DNA of 63,444 bases from a virus (lineage: Duplodnaviria > Caudoviricetes): the IMG/VR virus record IMGVR_UViG_3300044846_000637, positions 1 to 63,444 of that record. One strand, written 5' to 3'. The translations under genes were made by a program, and so were the position numbers. Of the stretch, positions 63,021 through 63,444 are shown piece by piece; the first letter of the stretch is position 1; the number at the start of each line of letters is the position of its first letter. Under the pieces are notes generated by a model, which did not search any database, was not told the origin of the DNA, and saw nothing but the letters and a program-made list of their open reading frames with translations.

Positions 63021-63444
63021 ATGAACTTTGAACTCAACCAACCCAACCACTTGATCTCGCTTGCAACGTCAGCGCTGATTGTCTCTGTGGATGTGAATGT
63101 GTGGACTGCGACCAAGCAAGACCGCACCATATCCAACGAGGTGACCGCATCCAAGAACGCATCCGCTGATGCGGGTAAGTTCACTAAGAACTTGCTCAGC
63201 TCATCGCCCGACCACAAGGCGCTGCTCAACTATCGGCAGACGGTCTATAACTGGCTTCAGCGTTCGACGTACGACTGGGCTGGTTCCATGCGGCTGTTGC
63301 CAATCATCAACCTTGAACGGTTCAAGAAAGAGTACGAGCAACACGAGAAAGAGTTTGATGACTTGTTGGAGAAGTTCATCATTGCATACCCACAGATCAT
63401 CAGCGATGCGGCGTTCAAGCAAGGCGAGATGTTTGATCGTTCAG
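63021..63444 (+). CDS. 5' part of DUF3150-like protein (continues at 1-532)
   Basis: ATG 63021 after GGAG; open to the window end and in frame with 32..532 across the 47-bp overlap. Confidence 0.75.
   Translation, partial: MNFELNQPNHLISLATSALIVSVDVNVWTATKQDRTISNEVTASKNASADAGKFTKNLLSSSPDHKALLNYRQTVYNWLQRSTYDWAGSMRLLPIINLERFKKEYEQHEKEFDDLLEKFIIAYPQIISDAAFKQGEMFDRS
63398..63444. repeat. Terminal direct repeat / assembly overlap (copy 2)
   Basis: Matches 1-47 with one mismatch. Confidence 0.95.

Noticed and set aside
1-63444. tRNA genes, integrase, RNA polymerase, alternative genetic code
   Set aside because: No cloverleaf or matching catalytic motifs were recognised by eye, and standard-code ORFs tile the genome densely. 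tRNAscan-SE and HMM searches would confirm.

Overview
The window appears to be a complete, circularly assembled ~63.4 kb tailed dsDNA phage genome. Bases 1-47 repeat at 63398-63444 with one mismatch, and one ORF runs through the join. It has two arms. The + strand arm (about 58.5 kb through the join to 18.2 kb) holds early cassettes, a DUF3150-like / MoxR-like AAA / metallopeptidase-VWA trio, many small coupled ORFs, and a replication module (VRR-NUC, DUF3310, Leu762-type PolA, Cas4-like nuclease, SNF2 helicase, SSB-like protein, primase-DUF927 helicase). The - strand arm (58.1 to 18.2 kb) holds terminase, portal, GroES, scaffold, major capsid, a glycosyltransferase, an HNH, small basic proteins, adaptor, fibres, lysis genes, nozzle and internal/ejection proteins, ending in a 2142-aa polyvalent protein. 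The morphology is probably podovirus-like because no tape measure or sheath is evident. No integrase, RNA polymerase, tRNA, reverse transcriptase or CRISPR array was recognised. The most unusual signals are non-coding or architectural: (i) tandem promoter-gene-terminator cassettes joined by a conserved ~30-bp motif with an alternating purine/pyrimidine tract and carrying two paralogous unknown proteins; (ii) a kissing-loop RNA next to the RBS just after the capsid gene; (iii) further structured 5' leaders with anti-SD pairing; (iv) an HNH that appears to have captured the 5' end of its neighbour gene and supplied a recoded replacement; (v) a shared [M/F/Y]xxGG / DGxAxxGKTxG peptide tag across many virion-module proteins; (vi) an iteron-like, DnaA-box-containing origin candidate. 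All family assignments are by eye from motifs and gene order; no database searches were run.
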